Shown here piece after piece: positions 10,229 to 19,634 of a stretch of 64,000 bases of DNA (position 1 is its first letter; each line of letters opens with the position of its first letter). The position numbers were made by a program, and so were the translations under genes. The notes below the pieces were generated by a model, which ran no database searches, had not been told where the DNA came from, and worked only from the letters and a program-made list of their open reading frames with translations. This DNA comes from an uncultured archaeon. Lineage in GTDB: Archaea > Asgardarchaeota > Jordiarchaeia > Jordiarchaeales > Jordiarchaeaceae. Location of the stretch: NCBI GenBank assembly GCA_964510585.1, contig CAZECW010000187.1:31912-95911 (forward strand), given 5' to 3'.

Positions 10229-11101
10229 ATGGCAATTTTGGTGGATAAAGATACCAGAGTAATAGTGCAAGGAATAACTGGATACCAAGGAAGTTTTCAC
10301 ACCAAACTCATGTTAGAGTACGGCACAAAAATCGTTGCAGGTGTGACGCCTGGCAAGGGTGGTGTGGAAGTTCATGGGGTACCCGTGTACAATTCGGTGA
10401 AGGAAGCTCTTTCTGAACACGACGCAAACTCTTCTATTGCATTCGTTCCAGCAAGATTCTGTTTAGAGGCGATTATGGAGGCAATAGAGCAGCACCTGAG
10501 CCCCATAGTAGTAATCACTGAGGGAATACCTGTACACGATTCAATGATGCTCTTGGAAAAGGCAAGAGAGAAAAATGTGTTAATTATTGGGCCAAATACT
10601 CCCGGAATAATTACCCCAAGCCAGTGCAAATTGGGAATTATGCCTGGGCACCTATTTAGCAGGGGAGGCATAGGTTTAGTCAGTCGATCAGGCACTCTAA
10701 CCTATGAGATTGCATCCAAACTAACAAACTCGAAACATGGGCAGTCGACATGTTTGGGAATAGGTGGAGATAAGGTTAATGGATTATCCTACATTGATGT
10801 GCTTGAGATGTTTAGGCAAGATTCACAAACAAGCGCGGTGGTTCTAGTAGGCGAAATTGGGGGTACATTGGAGGAAGAAGCCGCAGAATTTATCAAAGAA
10901 ACGAGGTACGAAAAGCCAGTAATTTCCTTTGTTGCTGGGAAGACCGCTCCATTCGGAAAAACAATGGGACATGCAGGGGCAATAATATCTGGTGGAAGAG
11001 GTTCTCACACAAGTAAAATTAATGCCTTCAAGAAGGCAGGGGTTCACGTAGCCGAAGCTCCCTCTGATGTGGCTAAAATAATTAGTGAGCTAGGATTATA
11101 A
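10229..11101 (+). CDS. sucD: succinyl-CoA synthetase α subunit
   Basis: 'VIVQGITGYQGSFHT', 'GIVSRSGTLTYE' and 'MGHAGAII' include the phospho-His loop, and the sequence is near-collinear with bacterial SucD. Confidence 0.9.
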   Translation: MAILVDKDTRVIVQGITGYQGSFHTKLMLEYGTKIVAGVTPGKGGVEVHGVPVYNSVKEALSEHDANSSIAFVPARFCLEAIMEAIEQHLSPIVVITEGIPVHDSMMLLEKAREKNVLIIGPNTPGIITPSQCKLGIMPGHLFSRGGIGLVSRSGTLTYEIASKLTNSKHGQSTCLGIGGDKVNGLSYIDVLEMFRQDSQTSAVVLVGEIGGTLEEEAAEFIKETRYEKPVISFVAGKTAPFGKTMGHAGAIISGGRGSHTSKINAFKKAGVHVAEAPSDVAKIISELGL

Positions 11102-11146
11102 ATTTAAGCATTTGAAATTTGTTGTTAATATCGATTCGGATTATTT

Positions 11147-11617
11147 TTAGACCATTGTTTCTAGAACGATATGGGCGCTGGTTTCCTCGACGCCGTCAAT
11201 TTCTGAGACTGTCCTTAAGAATTTATCTAGTTTAGATTGTGCCACCTGAGCTATAATGTCAACATCACCTGTAACCCTATAGATTTTTGTTGCTCCCGAC
11301 TTTTTTATTTGCTCGTAGGCTTTCACTCTCTTTTGGGGAAAAACCTTCATGAACACAAATGCGTCAATTCCTGTTTCCCCTAATATACCTAAGGCTTTAC
11401 TTGTAAGATCAATGAATCCCCTGCCTGTTCTGATTAGACTGCTGTCTCGAAGCTTTCTGAGATGATTACTAAGACCCTGCCTAGTGATACCTAACTCTTT
11501 GGCCAGTGATGTTTGAGTCTTGTAAACCGTGCAAACTTGAATGTTTTCGCCATTTTCATAAAACTTTTTTAGAATCTGAATCTGCTTCTCAGTTACCTTA
11601 ATATTCTCTTTTTCCAT
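11147..11617 (-). CDS. Lrp/AsnC-family transcriptional regulator
   Basis: An N-terminal HTH ('QTSLAKELGITRQGLSNHLRKL') is followed by a C-terminal RAM/AsnC ligand-binding domain. Confidence 0.8.
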   Translation of the reverse strand: MEKENIKVTEKQIQILKKFYENGENIQVCTVYKTQTSLAKELGITRQGLSNHLRKLRDSSLIRTGRGFIDLTSKALGILGETGIDAFVFMKVFPQKRVKAYEQIKKSGATKIYRVTGDVDIIAQVAQSKLDKFLRTVSEIDGVEETSAHIVLETMV

Positions 11618-11655
11618 TTTTCAACAATCATCTCTTAATGTTGTTCTATCAGCTC

Positions 11656-11687
11656 TTTACAAATGTAAATATTTACAAATGTAAATA
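11656..11687. promoter_or_regulatory. two tandem perfect 16-bp repeats (TTTACAAATGTAAATA), each an inverted repeat TTTACA-AA-TGTAAA; candidate Lrp operator overlapping the promoter
   Basis: Direct reading of 11656-11671 and 11672-11687. The repeats sit 39-70 bp upstream of the lrp start codon at 11617 on the minus strand. Confidence 0.5.
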
Positions 11688-11850
11688 AAAAGTTTATCTT
11701 TAAATAATGACTAAAATACAGAACAGACTATTCACACCAAAAATGTGACGTTTTTAAATAAAGTGACTATTTATACTCTAAAATAAATCCCGTTATTAGT
11801 AGCCACTTTAAATAGTACATATCCAGTTATGATTTAAGGAGACTGCTACA

Positions 11851-12492
11851 ATGCCTGAAGTAGAATTTAAGTCTGGAAAATTGACTTTGGAAGGCTATTT
11901 AGAACTGCCTAAAGGGGCGGGGCCCTTCCCAGCGTGTATCGTCTGCCATCCTCACTCCCTTTATGGGGGAGAAATGCACAACAATGTGGTTATGGGTGTG
12001 TGTAGCCACCTTGTTAAGAGCCAAATAGCTGCCTTGAGATTCAACTTCCGCGGCGTGGGGAGAAGCCAAGGAGAATTTGGTGAAGGAATCGGAGAACAAG
12101 AAGATGCGGTAGCCGCCCTAGAATTTCTTCTTCAAAGGGACGAAATAGACGCCGAGAGAATAGCCCTAGCAGGATACTCTTTCGGAGCTTTTGTGGGGCT
12201 AGCGGCGCTGAATGGAAACGAGAACATTAAAGCACTTGTAGGCGTCTCTCCCCCCCTAACACTATTCGAATTCAGCTATTTGAAGAACTGCACAAAACCC
12301 AAACTGTTAATAATAGGTGACATGGATCAATTCACACCACTAAAGGTGTTCAAAGAATTCTACGAAAAAATTCCAGAACCCAAAAATAAAAGAATTATAG
12401 AGGGAGCAGACCACTTCTACTGGGGATACGAAAACGAAGTGGGGCAAGTAGTAGCCGACTTTTTAAAGAAAACCTTCAAAAACATACCTTAA
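11851..12492 (+). CDS. α/β-hydrolase fold protein (dienelactone-hydrolase-like)
   Basis: A nucleophile-elbow-like 'AGYSFGAF' motif and the overall α/β-hydrolase length and pattern are present. Confidence 0.5.
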   Translation: MPEVEFKSGKLTLEGYLELPKGAGPFPACIVCHPHSLYGGEMHNNVVMGVCSHLVKSQIAALRFNFRGVGRSQGEFGEGIGEQEDAVAALEFLLQRDEIDAERIALAGYSFGAFVGLAALNGNENIKALVGVSPPLTLFEFSYLKNCTKPKLLIIGDMDQFTPLKVFKEFYEKIPEPKNKRIIEGADHFYWGYENEVGQVVADFLKKTFKNIP

Positions 12493-12513
12493 AGAAAATC
12501 AAAAGAATATCTT

Positions 12514-14222
12514 AAAACCCACATTCCGCACCCCCTTTAACATAAATATATTTTTTCATAGACTGTTCCCAGAAGTGCAAGAATCTTCCGGTGAACCTCC
12601 CTGAGGTTAAGCACCGCAATAATCCTCTCCTCCCCCTCACCCCCCACTTCCAGCAACAGGTGTATCCCCTCAAACAATTGGAACACCCACCGCATGGTGG
12701 GCCGCTTGGTGGGCTTCCCCTTCTGATCCGGAATATGCTCCTCCCTTTCCTCCAGAACCCTGCGAAGCTTGTACTGAGCCACAGAGTAGACAAGCAGGCT
12801 GAGAACCATAATCATAACAAGACTCACGATCCTCTGAGGCTTCTTCAGAAACACCGAGGAGGCGAAGAAAAGGGGGTCTTTAAGGAACCGGAAGTCCCTC
12901 TCAACACTCTGCTGCCCCTTATACTCTTCCAGAAGCTGGTCGCTGTCCAGTTTCAGGTCGTTTGTGGCCACAATAAACTTGCCCCTCCTCCTCTCCTCAG
13001 CGTCCACCCGCTCCTCATCCACATCAAAGGAAGCCCTCACCCTGTAGACCCTTCTGGGGGGCTGCATGTTCCTAACCGGTCTACCCCTTCTTCCAGTCTT
13101 GTTGACCTCAACTATGTTCACTGAGCCTAATTTATGGTACTTCCACCCTTGAGCCGATTTTTGGACTGCGGAGAGGGCGTCCTCCGGGCAGTTGAATTCC
13201 CGGTTCCCCAGGTGCCACAGCTCCCTCTCAATCTTCTCCCCCTCCTTCTTTATGTTTCTTTTCAGGGTTTCCATCTCCCGCTGGTAGCCCTTCTCTGAGA
13301 AAACCACAAGCCACTTCTGCTCCACCCCACCATAATTGCTTCTGTACGCCTGGTGTTTGTAGCCCTCCAGGCTACTTTTAGCCATTTTTTCGGTTTCACA
13401 CTCCTGAATCAGCCTTTTTGCCTCCCAGATGTTCTCTGGGACGCGGCTTATCCACCTAACCAGGGGGGAGATTTCCCGGATGTTGTCATCACTGTAAAGT
13501 GCGGCGTCCATGACGTAGTACACTTCTTCGCCGTCTCCGGCGGCGAGTTCTTTTGAGAACTTTTTTATTACCTCTGGGAAGTGGTTTTTGTCGGAGGCGT
13601 TGCCACTCAGGACGTCGAGCCATATGGGGAGGTCTGACTGGGAGAGGGTGATGAGGGAGACTATGAACTGTTTTAGGTCGCTCCGCCCGTTCTTATTGGG
13701 GCGACCATAAGTTATGGTGATGGGGGTCATGTCTTCTTCTTGCTGTTGGTACTGGCCGTGGACGCTCATGGTGGTGGTGTCGAGGTGGAGGAATTTTTTC
13801 TCGACCCCCATGAGTTTCGCCACTTTGAGGGAGATGTGCATAAAGATCTGGGTGGGGTTGTTCTGGTACAGTCGGTCCAGGGCTCTTCCCAGGGTGTCGT
13901 CGTTGAAGTCTTCTGGTTTTAGGCCTTCCCTTATGAGGAGTTCTACGGGTTTGTTGTGCATGAATCCCGGGAAGAGGTAGAGGGGTTTGCTTGTGAATCC
14001 CAGGGCGTTTATGACCATGGCGAGGACTGCGTCGCCAGTTGTGACCTTCTGCTGGTCGTTTACTCCCACCATGCGGTTTATCTCTTCCACTAGGTGGATT
14101 TCCCTGCACACGCCGGAAACTATGCCCAGATGGTCGATTACTTTGCTGCGGTATTCCATGTCTCAACCATTGTTCTTGAAATTAATAAAAATATAAGTAA
14201 GGGTGCGGAAAGTGGGTTAAAA
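12514..14222 (-). mobile_element. insertion sequence, IS1634/IS4-family, about 1.7 kb, with imperfect terminal inverted repeats
   Basis: The left end reads 'AAAACCCACATTCCGCACCCCC' (12514-12540). The right end reads 'AAGGGTGCGGAAAGTGGGTT' (14199-14222), which is its reverse complement with 1-2 mismatches. The element encloses a single 540-aa DDE transposase gene. Confidence 0.75.
12537..14159 (-). CDS. IS1634/IS4-family DDE transposase
   Basis: It is 540 aa long. The N-terminal 'LGIVSGVCREI...GDAVLAMVINALGF' is typical of IS1634 transposases. The gene is flanked by terminal inverted repeats. Confidence 0.85.
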   Translation of the reverse strand: MEYRSKVIDHLGIVSGVCREIHLVEEINRMVGVNDQQKVTTGDAVLAMVINALGFTSKPLYLFPGFMHNKPVELLIREGLKPEDFNDDTLGRALDRLYQNNPTQIFMHISLKVAKLMGVEKKFLHLDTTTMSVHGQYQQQEEDMTPITITYGRPNKNGRSDLKQFIVSLITLSQSDLPIWLDVLSGNASDKNHFPEVIKKFSKELAAGDGEEVYYVMDAALYSDDNIREISPLVRWISRVPENIWEAKRLIQECETEKMAKSSLEGYKHQAYRSNYGGVEQKWLVVFSEKGYQREMETLKRNIKKEGEKIERELWHLGNREFNCPEDALSAVQKSAQGWKYHKLGSVNIVEVNKTGRRGRPVRNMQPPRRVYRVRASFDVDEERVDAEERRRGKFIVATNDLKLDSDQLLEEYKGQQSVERDFRFLKDPLFFASSVFLKKPQRIVSLVMIMVLSLLVYSVAQYKLRRVLEEREEHIPDQKGKPTKRPTMRWVFQLFEGIHLLLEVGGEGEERIIAVLNLREVHRKILALLGTVYEKIYLC

Positions 14223-14291
14223 TTAATAAAAAAAATGGGACCAAACGGTTCCTCTCTATACTTTTGGTCCGATTAAACTAAGCCCTCTGGC

Positions 14292-14735
14292 TTACTTCTT
14301 CTTTTTGGCTTTTGGCTTCTCCTTTGTTTCTGCTTTTTCTTCCTTTTTCTCTTCCTCTTCTTCAGCCTTTTCGAGTTCCTCGAGGGGGACTGGGGGTGGT
14401 GTGGTCATCATAGTATAACCTATCCAAGCTGCGATGACAAGGATTAGTGTTACTCCCAGCCAGATGGGTATGGCCACGGCTAGGAATCTTGGTGGAACTG
14501 GAATCCAGCTTAGTAATCCCGCTGACCAGTACTGTAAAAGTGCTATGGTGTGGGCGCCAATTATTGGACTTATCTCTCCCGAAGTGAGTGCCAGCATGAG
14601 TTGAATTGTTGTTGCTCCATTGTCCACCTGCGTTCCTATCCAGACCCCAAAGTACAGGGTCCACCAAGTGTACCAGAGGATGATTAACACTGCAACAATG
14701 AATATTATTGCGCCATAAATCTTATCTCTAGCCAT
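14292..14735 (-). CDS. small membrane protein with Lys/Glu-rich C-terminal tail
   Basis: Three to four predicted transmembrane helices are followed by the tail 'EELEKAEEEEEKKEEKAETKEKPKAKKKK'. Confidence 0.4.
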   Translation of the reverse strand: MARDKIYGAIIFIVAVLIILWYTWWTLYFGVWIGTQVDNGATTIQLMLALTSGEISPIIGAHTIALLQYWSAGLLSWIPVPPRFLAVAIPIWLGVTLILVIAAWIGYTMMTTPPPVPLEELEKAEEEEEKKEEKAETKEKPKAKKKK

Positions 14736-15032
14736 TTTCTATACCTTCCAAACATTATTTTTAAGATACCCTTTTAAGTTATTAGCTTTTCGGCACTTCA
14801 CTTTTCTGAGAAGTGTCTAGTAGTGGATATTTCCATATTTACAATACAAGACATTAATAAAAATTTCTCTAATTTGGCAATCGTAATTGGCTCGTTTTCG
14901 TTTGCGTTTGCAAGAAGCGGTTCTACCCAAACCATAAAAGTCAGATTAGAAACAATAGAATTGTAAAATTTAGAAGCTGTAAATAGGAATCCGGCTTAAG
15001 AAAATTGTTTTTGCGTGACCTGTAATTACAAA

Positions 15033-15956
15033 TTAAATTTTTATTTCTTTTAGATATTCTTTTATTGTTAATACCTCGTAGCAGCCTTTTTTCAAGTCGT
15101 TTAACAAGTTTTTGAGGTCGCTTAAGTTTTTGTTGATCTCTTCCTCTTTTAGAATCCTTTTTTCTTTTATGAGATAAGCTAAATGCCAGGGATGGAAGGA
15201 TATCTGAAGTAAACCTCCTTTATCGTTTTTCTGGTAGGCTCTTATGATTTTTTTGTATTGTTCCAGTTTTCTCTTCTTTTCGAAGAGCGCCCATGTGTAC
15301 AGTGTCATTCTTCCGGTGTTTAGGGGATAGACTGGGACGGGGACTTCTATTATGTTTTTTTGGTCTTCTTTTATACGGTAGGGTAATGGGGTTTCTACTG
15401 TTTCCACCATTATTGATGAGTCATATAGGTATCCCAGTTTGGTTAGAGCTTTGAAGGTGTCCGAATTAGTTTTCAGATAGGGGGCTCTAAATCCTTCGGG
15501 TTTCACTTTTAACAAGTTTTTAATGGTTTGCGTGGCTTCTCTCAAAATTTTTAATTGCTCGTTGTAACTGATTCTTATTCTCGTCTCCTCTCCAGTTAAA
15601 TCCTCATGGTTTAATCCATGACAGCCAACCTCGTATTCCCTTAGGGATTTTATGATTTCGCCATGATTTTCTTTGAGATATTTTAGAGTTCTCGCCTCGA
15701 TGAAGAATGTGGCTTTTAACCCTATTTCTCGGAGAAGTTCTAGGGTTTTTGTGAGGCCCTTAACGGTGCAGTCAAAAACCGCATCCTTTTTTCCATCGTA
15801 TTTTGATGTTAGAATATCACTAACTGCATGTTTAACCCCTTTGAGGGGCATGGGGCAATCCCTGTCAAGGTCTATGGTGATTGCGATGTTGATACTTGTT
15901 CCTCCTACAAATATTCGAGTAGTGAAAAACAACATATACATCAACTTTAAAAACAA
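15033..15956 (-). CDS. polysaccharide deacetylase (NodB/CE4 family)
   Basis: 'ATFFIEA...EVGCHGLNHE' matches NodB-homology motifs. Confidence 0.65.
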   Translation of the reverse strand: MFLKLMYMLFFTTRIFVGGTSINIAITIDLDRDCPMPLKGVKHAVSDILTSKYDGKKDAVFDCTVKGLTKTLELLREIGLKATFFIEARTLKYLKENHGEIIKSLREYEVGCHGLNHEDLTGEETRIRISYNEQLKILREATQTIKNLLKVKPEGFRAPYLKTNSDTFKALTKLGYLYDSSIMVETVETPLPYRIKEDQKNIIEVPVPVYPLNTGRMTLYTWALFEKKRKLEQYKKIIRAYQKNDKGGLLQISFHPWHLAYLIKEKRILKEEEINKNLSDLKNLLNDLKKGCYEVLTIKEYLKEIKI

Positions 15957-15991
15957 TTCGGAAAATTCAAGATTGGAGGTCTAGTTGGCAA

Positions 15992-16852
15992 ATGGTGGCG
16001 CAGATACTCGACGGCAAACAGATTGCAAGTAGCATAGAAAACGAGATAATAGAGGAAACAAAGGAGCTCATAGAAAAACACGGCGTAACACCCGGCCTTG
16101 CAGTTATTCTTGTGGGAAGCGATCCCGGCTCTCAAGTCTACGTAAACATTAAGAAAAAAACCAGCAGTAGACTTTCTTTCCACTTTGAAGAACACGTGTT
16201 TCCAGACACCGCGAAAGAGGAGGAAATAATTGAGCTCATCCAAAGATTAAATGATGATGACAAGATTCATGGGATTCTGGTTCAGCTCCCCCTGCCAAAA
16301 CACTTAGATGAAAACAGGATACTCTCAGCTATTTCACCTGAAAAGGATGTGGACGGTTTGCACCCCCTAAACATGGGTAAACTACTCCTGAGACAGGAGG
16401 GTTTCATCCCAAACACGCCCGCCGGCATATTAGAGATGCTTAAGAGAAGCAATATAGACGTGAAGGGAAAGGATGTTGTAATAGTAAACAGGAGCAAAAT
16501 TGTGGGAAGACCACTTATGGTTTTACTAATAAATAACGATGCCACAGTCACCGTTTGCCACACCAAAACAAAAGGTATAAAATCACACACGAGTCGTGCA
16601 GACATCCTTGTGGCAGCGGTGGGTAAACCAAATTTTGTTACCGCCGATATGGTAAAGGAAGGAGCCATAGTGATTGATGTGGGAATAAACAGGGTGGAAG
16701 GTAAACTGTGTGGAGACGTAGACTTTGAAAATGTTAGAAAAAAGGCCTCCTACATTACCCCCGTTCCAGGAGGCGTTGGTCCACTTACAGCAATTATGCT
16801 TATGAGAAATGTTCTCCTGGCAGCGAAGCGAAGCCTAAAAAAATATGAATAG
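15992..16852 (+). CDS. folD: bifunctional methylenetetrahydrofolate dehydrogenase/cyclohydrolase
   Basis: 'QILDGKQIA...PGLAVILVGSDPGSQVYV...ILVQLPLP...DVDGLHPLN...GKDVVIVNRSKIVGRPL' are canonical FolD motifs. Confidence 0.85.
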   Translation: MVAQILDGKQIASSIENEIIEETKELIEKHGVTPGLAVILVGSDPGSQVYVNIKKKTSSRLSFHFEEHVFPDTAKEEEIIELIQRLNDDDKIHGILVQLPLPKHLDENRILSAISPEKDVDGLHPLNMGKLLLRQEGFIPNTPAGILEMLKRSNIDVKGKDVVIVNRSKIVGRPLMVLLINNDATVTVCHTKTKGIKSHTSRADILVAAVGKPNFVTADMVKEGAIVIDVGINRVEGKLCGDVDFENVRKKASYITPVPGGVGPLTAIMLMRNVLLAAKRSLKKYE

Positions 16853-16927
16853 TGTTACGCTCTAAATTTTCATTCTTCTGGTTTTATGGGCATTGAAAAG
16901 TATGGAAAAAAAGGAAGGATTTTTGCT

Positions 16928-17731
16928 TTATTCGTACCTTTTCCGGAACCAGTCTGGCAATACGTATCCGATGTAAGTAGGCATAGCAGATATCATTACA
17001 AGGGTCCATCCTACAAATAGGAAAATTGTCCAACCTCCTAAGATGCTGTCAAGGAGATAGCTTAGGAAGAACAGGATGAATAGCACAGCTGTAATTGACA
17101 CTAATAGAAAGCCTCTCTTGTAGACTTTACTGTCCGTTATTCGCATAGCTTTAATGGAGTAATAAATCAGCAAGCCTTGAGTAACTAGTCCCAGCATAAA
17201 GATGAGGAACCAGTTAACTGTTATGTATATGTTTCCTATGAGGAATGCAATCACTACCCCCATGAAAATCAAGTAGGGTACAACATATTTTATCCTCACT
17301 TCCTTGAAGGCCTCAAAGGTGAACAAATAGATGAAAAGATGTCCTATTGCTGCCGGTATGAGCGCGGCGCTCCACTGGTAAACTAGAAGCGTTGGATACC
17401 CTTCAAAGTGGAGAATTATTGATGTTGTTGTCTGGTCGAAAATCAATAACACTCTTCGCATATCTAGTGGAATTGGGTAGCCAGTCAACAAGTATGGTAT
17501 AATGGTGTAATCCATTAGTATTAATCCCCAGTACTTGGTGTATATAAGGTGTCCATAAGCGGCCATTAAAGCGCCCAAGGTGAACATCAAATAAGTTAGG
17601 GCCAAATACTTGATGGCTTTTCTTTGTTTTTCGCGGTAACGCTGTGCAAAGAGGACACTGAAACCCAAAAGTAATATCGCCATCAAAATCTCGTATATCA
17701 CCAGCTCGTATAAAATGGTTAAATTGATCAC
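16928..17731 (-). CDS. integral membrane protein, unknown function (about eight transmembrane helices)
   Basis: Hydrophobicity pattern only. Confidence 0.35.
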   Translation of the reverse strand: MINLTILYELVIYEILMAILLLGFSVLFAQRYREKQRKAIKYLALTYLMFTLGALMAAYGHLIYTKYWGLILMDYTIIPYLLTGYPIPLDMRRVLLIFDQTTTSIILHFEGYPTLLVYQWSAALIPAAIGHLFIYLFTFEAFKEVRIKYVVPYLIFMGVVIAFLIGNIYITVNWFLIFMLGLVTQGLLIYYSIKAMRITDSKVYKRGFLLVSITAVLFILFFLSYLLDSILGGWTIFLFVGWTLVMISAMPTYIGYVLPDWFRKRYE

Positions 17732-18004
17732 TTTCGCATCCCCAAATATGTTATTCTAACTATTTTTTTCTGTGGTCTTTAATTATTATTTAGAAAAGTC
17801 CATAATTATAGCTTTTTTGGATAAAAAACTTTTATGCAGGGTTGGCGTAGAGCTTTAACTTTTTAGTAAGAACATTTAAGAGATTCTAAAACATGTTTTT
17901 AGGAGATTCACCACTAAAGCTGATGGTTAATAGGTAGATTTTTTACGGAAAATGCTTATTGTGACTCCTTGGAGTATACCCTATTAAAGGGAGTTGAAAA
18001 AGTA

Positions 18005-19540
18005 ATGGTGATTAAGAGGGCTTTAATCAGTGTTTCAGATAAGAGCGGAATCCTTGATTTTGCCTTAAAACTACATGAAATGGGCGTCGAAATAATTGCC
18101 ACAGAGGGCACAGCGGAACTGCTGAAAAAGTCTGTCCCCGTAACCCCTGTTTCCAGCATTACCAAGTTTCCCGAGATGCTCGATGGACGGGTAAAAACAC
18201 TTCACCCCCTGATCCACGCTGCCATACTTGCAAAACGAATTCCTGAACATTTGAGTCAACTTGAGAAGCTCGGAGTTGCACCCATAGATATGGTGGTAGT
18301 TAATCTTTATCCCTTTAAAAAAATCATTAAAGAAAGTGATGATTTGGAGAGAGCCCTGGAGAACATTGACATTGGCGGTGTAACACTGATTAGATCCGCC
18401 GCAAAGAACTATAAAGACGTAGTTGTGGTGGTAAATCCTTCAAGATACGCTGAAATCATAGAGGAGTTGGAGGAAGGGGGAAATGTCAGCACAAAAACTA
18501 GGCAAATTTTGGCGATTGAAGCATTCCTACACACTGCTGAGTACGATGACATAATCTCCAGTTTTCTACAAAAGAAGTTTATTCCCGAAGAGGAATTTCC
18601 AAAAAATCTGAGTCTAAGGTATCACAAGATTCAAGATTTGAGTTATGGCGAGAATCCACATCAAAAGGCGGCGTTTTATAGGGAGCCTGATGTTGTAGAG
18701 CCATGTGTGGCTAACGCAATCCAACTACATGGTAAGCCCCTTTCATTTAACAATGTCTACGATGCCAATGCGGCTTTCGAATTGGTAAAGGAATTTGAGG
18801 AGCCTGCTGTGGCAATCATAAAACACACTAATCCCTGCGGTGCAGCCATTGGAAAAACAATCAGCGAAGCCTATAGGAAAGCCTACGAAACGGATAAAGT
18901 GTCTGCGTATGGGGGCATTGTGGGCTTAAACCGAGAGGTGGATAGGGAAACTGCAGAGCAAATAGCCTCAACATTTATTGAGGTGGTAATTGCGCCGGGC
19001 TTCAGCGACGAGGCTCTCAAAATCCTAAAACAGAAGAAAAATCTAAGATTACTAAAAACACCACCCGTAACTAGGACTCTACCAGGCTGGGATATGAAAA
19101 AGGTTGTGGGTGGACTCTTGGTGGAAACCATGGATGTGGGTAAAATAGATCCAAACCAATTCAGGGTGGTGAGTAGGAGAAAACCCAGCGAAAAGGAGTG
19201 GAAGGCAGCGCTTTTTGGTTGGACACTGGTAAAATACGTAAAATCAAACGCCATTGTTCTTGTAACCGAAGACATGGCTGTGGGAATCGGAGCCGGCCAG
19301 ATGAGTAGAGTAGACTCGGCAAAGATTGCCATAGAGAAAGCCGGGGAAAGGGCTAGGGGAGCTGTTCTGTGTTCAGACGGCTTCATTCCTTTCAGGGACA
19401 CCGTCGACGAGGCGGCAAAGGTGGGTGTAACCGCAATAATCCAGCCAGGAGGTTCGGTAAGAGACAAAGAGGTCACTGAGGCGGCTGATGAACACGACAT
19501 GGTGATGATCCACACCGGAATAAGACATTTCAGACACTAG
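18005..19540 (+). CDS. purH: bifunctional AICAR transformylase / IMP cyclohydrolase
   Basis: 'KRALISVSDKSGI...ATEGTA' is an MGS-like N-terminal domain. 'NLYPF' and the C-terminal AICARFT domain are present. The ATG at 18005 is preferred over the TTG at 17969. Confidence 0.85.
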   Translation: MVIKRALISVSDKSGILDFALKLHEMGVEIIATEGTAELLKKSVPVTPVSSITKFPEMLDGRVKTLHPLIHAAILAKRIPEHLSQLEKLGVAPIDMVVVNLYPFKKIIKESDDLERALENIDIGGVTLIRSAAKNYKDVVVVVNPSRYAEIIEELEEGGNVSTKTRQILAIEAFLHTAEYDDIISSFLQKKFIPEEEFPKNLSLRYHKIQDLSYGENPHQKAAFYREPDVVEPCVANAIQLHGKPLSFNNVYDANAAFELVKEFEEPAVAIIKHTNPCGAAIGKTISEAYRKAYETDKVSAYGGIVGLNREVDRETAEQIASTFIEVVIAPGFSDEALKILKQKKNLRLLKTPPVTRTLPGWDMKKVVGGLLVETMDVGKIDPNQFRVVSRRKPSEKEWKAALFGWTLVKYVKSNAIVLVTEDMAVGIGAGQMSRVDSAKIAIEKAGERARGAVLCSDGFIPFRDTVDEAAKVGVTAIIQPGGSVRDKEVTEAADEHDMVMIHTGIRHFRH

Positions 19541-19634
19541 ATATCAGAACCTAAAACTCGTAGGATTTTTAAGCTGGCCAATTCTTTTTTTACCTAGGGT
19601 TCTTTTAGTCCATAATTCTTGGAAGGAAACTATA

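Noticed and set aside
11656-11687. Possibility that the tandem 16-bp repeats are a mini-CRISPR array
   Set aside because: There are only two units, no spacers and no cas genes. Their position and palindromic structure fit a transcription-factor operator.
13693-14166. A 157-aa Pro/Arg/His-rich ORF and several plus-strand ORFs overlapping the transposase gene
   Set aside because: They are alternative frames of the IS1634-family transposase gene. Their low-complexity translations have no motifs.
14180-14233. AAATTAATAAAAA duplicates as the IS target-site duplication
   Set aside because: Both copies are at the same (right) end of the element, and no matching copy flanks the left inverted repeat. 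This is not a classical target-site duplication.
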